This document shows, piece by piece, positions 61,438-64,000 of a stretch of 64,000 bases of DNA; the first letter of the stretch is position 1; each line of letters starts with the position of its first letter. The DNA comes from the human T2T-CHM13v2.0 reference genome, Homo sapiens, in NCBI RefSeq assembly GCF_009914755.1, contig NC_060926.1, one strand, 5' to 3'. The translations under genes were made by a program, and so were the position numbers. The notes under the pieces were generated by a model, which was given only the letters and a program-made list of their open reading frames with translations, had not been told where the DNA came from and did not search any database.

Positions 61438-61769
61438 CAGGGGCCCCAAACCCCAGGCCATGGACTGGTATCAGTCTGTGGCCTGTTTGGAACCGGGCTG
61501 CACAGCAGGAGGTGAGAGGTGGGCCAAGTAGCATTACTACCTGAGTTCCGCCTCCTGTCAGCGGTGGCATTAGGTTCTCACAGGAGCACAAACCCTATTG
61601 TGAACCGTACACGCATGGGATCTAGGTCGTGTGCTCCTTATGAGAATATAACTAATGCTTGATGATCTGAGATGGGACAGTTTCATCCTGAAGCCACACC
61701 CACCCTGTCCATGGAAAAATTGTCTTCCATGAAACAAATCTCTGGTGCTAAAAAGGTTGGGGACTGCTG
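61438..61769. mobile_element. MER1B hAT MITE, imperfect 8-bp TSD CTTTAGAT/CTTTGGGT
   Basis: caggggccccaaacccc...gctaaaaaggttggggactgctg; ~330 bp. Confidence 0.88.
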
Positions 61770-62474
61770 CTTTGGGTGATGGCAGTCCCTCAGTGTATGG
61801 CTTTTCAGTGTCAGCTATGAAGGGACCAATGAATGTGTTCAACCTATTACACTTAGCTGCACGACTGAATTATGCCAGCACGTCAGTATCACCAAGGGTG
61901 TGTGTGGGATGGTGGACAAATAAGTAGGTGCTTCATGGTCACCTGCACGATTTGATTAGAATGGGTCTCAGCCAGTTGATTTTTACTATTCAATTTATTG
62001 CTTTGAGCTCTGTGAAAAGCCAGCTTCTTTAATAGCAGTGAAACTATTTTAATGACCAGTGACATGTTGGTCATGTTAGACCAACGCTTACGACTTATGT
62101 GGAGACGTGGCCTGTTTTCCACTTTCAGGATTACAGGGGGAGGTGCAGGGAACTTGGGCCTCTATCTGGCCCAGTGTTTTCCAAATTTCCATCATTTTGT
62201 ATCACGATTTTGCAATATATATGCCAGTGATATTATCTTCTTGAAAATAACTCACTTAAAAAATCATATATTTATGAAGGAAACTTTCTATTACTGCTAT
62301 AAATGAATAAAACAATTGATGTGAATACAAGAAAACCATAAAATAAATATTCTGAAATAAAATAATGCTATTAAATTCTTACTAGATACTGATTGTCTGA
62401 ACCCGAGTTTTGTTTTTTGTTTGCTAACAAGGGAGATTAGTAAGTGCTGGAAAGATGTAAAAGACATAGTAAGC

Positions 62475-63143
62475 CAGTGGTGAATCATTGCCTCTGAGTC
62501 TGTTTATGCTGCTGTTTATCCACAACGTTGGGCAGTCTCTTTCCACACTGAGTTCATTCTTGGCCATGTGACTAGCTTTGACCAATGGGCAGTAGCAAAT
62601 GTCATGTTAGCAGTGACTTGAAAAGTGATTGCTCACTGGGGCTTTTCTTCTCCTGCTGTTCTTGGAACCTCTGACCAGCACATGAATAAGCTCAGGCTAG
62701 CCTGCTGGATGATGAGAGACACATGATCCAATCACCCCATCACTCCAGCCAACAGGCAACCAATGACCAGATATGTGACTAGCTAGTTACCGCTTGTGAA
62801 TCCTCCAGCTACAAAAGTGAGCTCAGCCAAGATCAGCTGAGCCTGGCTTATGTCAGCGGAACCAATAATCCCATAGACTTGAGAGCACTAATAAATTATT
62901 GTTGTGCCACTAAAACATTTCAGGGTGGTTTGTATTTTCTTTGCTTGAATGAGTTTTTGTTTTGTTTTGTTTTTAAAATTTGTTTGTTTGAGACAGGGTC
63001 TTGCTATGTTGCCCAGGCTGGTCTCAAACTCCTGGGGTGAAAGTGATCCTCTTGCCTCAGCCTCCCAAGTAGCTGGGACTACAGGCATGTGTTACTGCAC
63101 CTGGTCAGGGTGGTTTGTTATTCATCCAGAGTTAACTTAGACC
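62475..63143 (+). mobile_element. Old MLT1 (F/G/H-like) LTR containing FLAM_A (-, ~62954-63106)
   Basis: tggccatgtgactagctttgaccaatgg; FLAM flanked by the repeat tcagggtggtttgt. Confidence 0.75.
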
Positions 63144-63585
63144 CTAAACTAAGATTTGTTCCAGGCATTTCGTAGCATAAAATTTATCAGTATAATTTCT
63201 TTAGTGTTGGTTTTGAGTACAACCACCTGGTCTACAATGAATGGTATATATCTCATACTTCAAGAAACACCGATCTAGTCCAAGCCCCACCTTTTAGGTT
63301 TAACAATTAAAGTCTCAGAGAGGTGAAGTGACTTACTCAGACTTCATACTTAGCTAGTAACAAAGATGATACTTACACATCAGGTCTTATGTATCCAACC
63401 TGAGTTCATTTCCAGAGCATTTTGCTGCCTTTAGGATTGGTGTGTTTAATCATATTAAAGTGACGAGTAGGATTTTTGGGAGTTATTGTGTCAGCTTCTG
63501 ATATCTTTATCCTCTCCTGAAGGGAGCAGGAATAAAGTTAACTCATAGAATTAAAAATTTATTTTTAAAGTTTTGGATTATCTTG

Positions 63586-64000
63586 TGTTGTGGATTGAAT
63601 TGTATCCCTCTCCCCCAAAGATATGCTGAAGTCCTAACCACCAGTATTTGCGAATTTACCTTATTTAGAAATAGGACTTTTGTAGGTATAATCAAGTTAA
63701 GATGAGGTCATGCGGGATTAGGGTGAGCTCTAAATCCAGTGTGTCTCTGTGTCTGTATTCGGACACAGCCATATGAAGACAGAGGCAGAGACTGGAATTA
63801 TTCTGCTACAAAATGCCAAGGATTGTTGAAAATCATCAGAAACGAGGTAGAGGCTAGAAAGGATTCTTCCCTAGAGCCTGTAAAGAGAATGACTGTGCCT
63901 TGGTTTCGGACTTCTAGCCTTTGGAACTGTGAGAGAATAAATTTCTGTTTGAAGCCATCTGGTTTGAGGTACTTTGTTAGAGCAGCCACAGGAAATGAAT
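63586..64000 (+). mobile_element. MLT1C/B-like LTR
   Basis: tgttgtggattgaattgtatcc...aagttaagatgaggtcat...ctttgttagagcagccacaggaaatgaat. Confidence 0.85.

Overview
This is primate, very probably human, genomic DNA, AT-rich and dominated by interspersed repeats, as expected for an intergenic region or a large intron. I recognise no cellular protein-coding gene, RNA gene or CRISPR array. The main element is a full-length ~6.05 kb LINE-1 on the + strand (6416-12471) with a 14-bp TSD and L1PA2-type 3' diagnostics. Its ORF1 and antisense ORF0 are intact. In ORF2 the endonuclease region is destroyed (a stop at codon 4 plus three small deletions), while the downstream 1010 codons (RT and C-domain) stay open. 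Also present: a complete two-LTR MaLR provirus; many solo LTRs (THE1, MST, MLT1, MER4A, MER39, MER50, LTR8-like); about 18 Alu/FLAM copies; hAT and mariner MITEs (MADE1, MER1B, MER30, MER58, MER3, MER5A); MIR/L2 and old L1M fragments; microsatellites. The best second-look items are the EN-dead/RT-open L1, a TSD-flanked candidate L1 3' transduction, a copy of an Alu-L1 junction embedded in another Alu 2.4 kb away, several local duplications, close inverted Alu and THE1 pairs, and a miR-548-type MADE1 hairpin. I found no evidence of a new biological system. Repeat subfamily names come from recalled consensus sequences rather than a search, and boundaries of old repeats are approximate.
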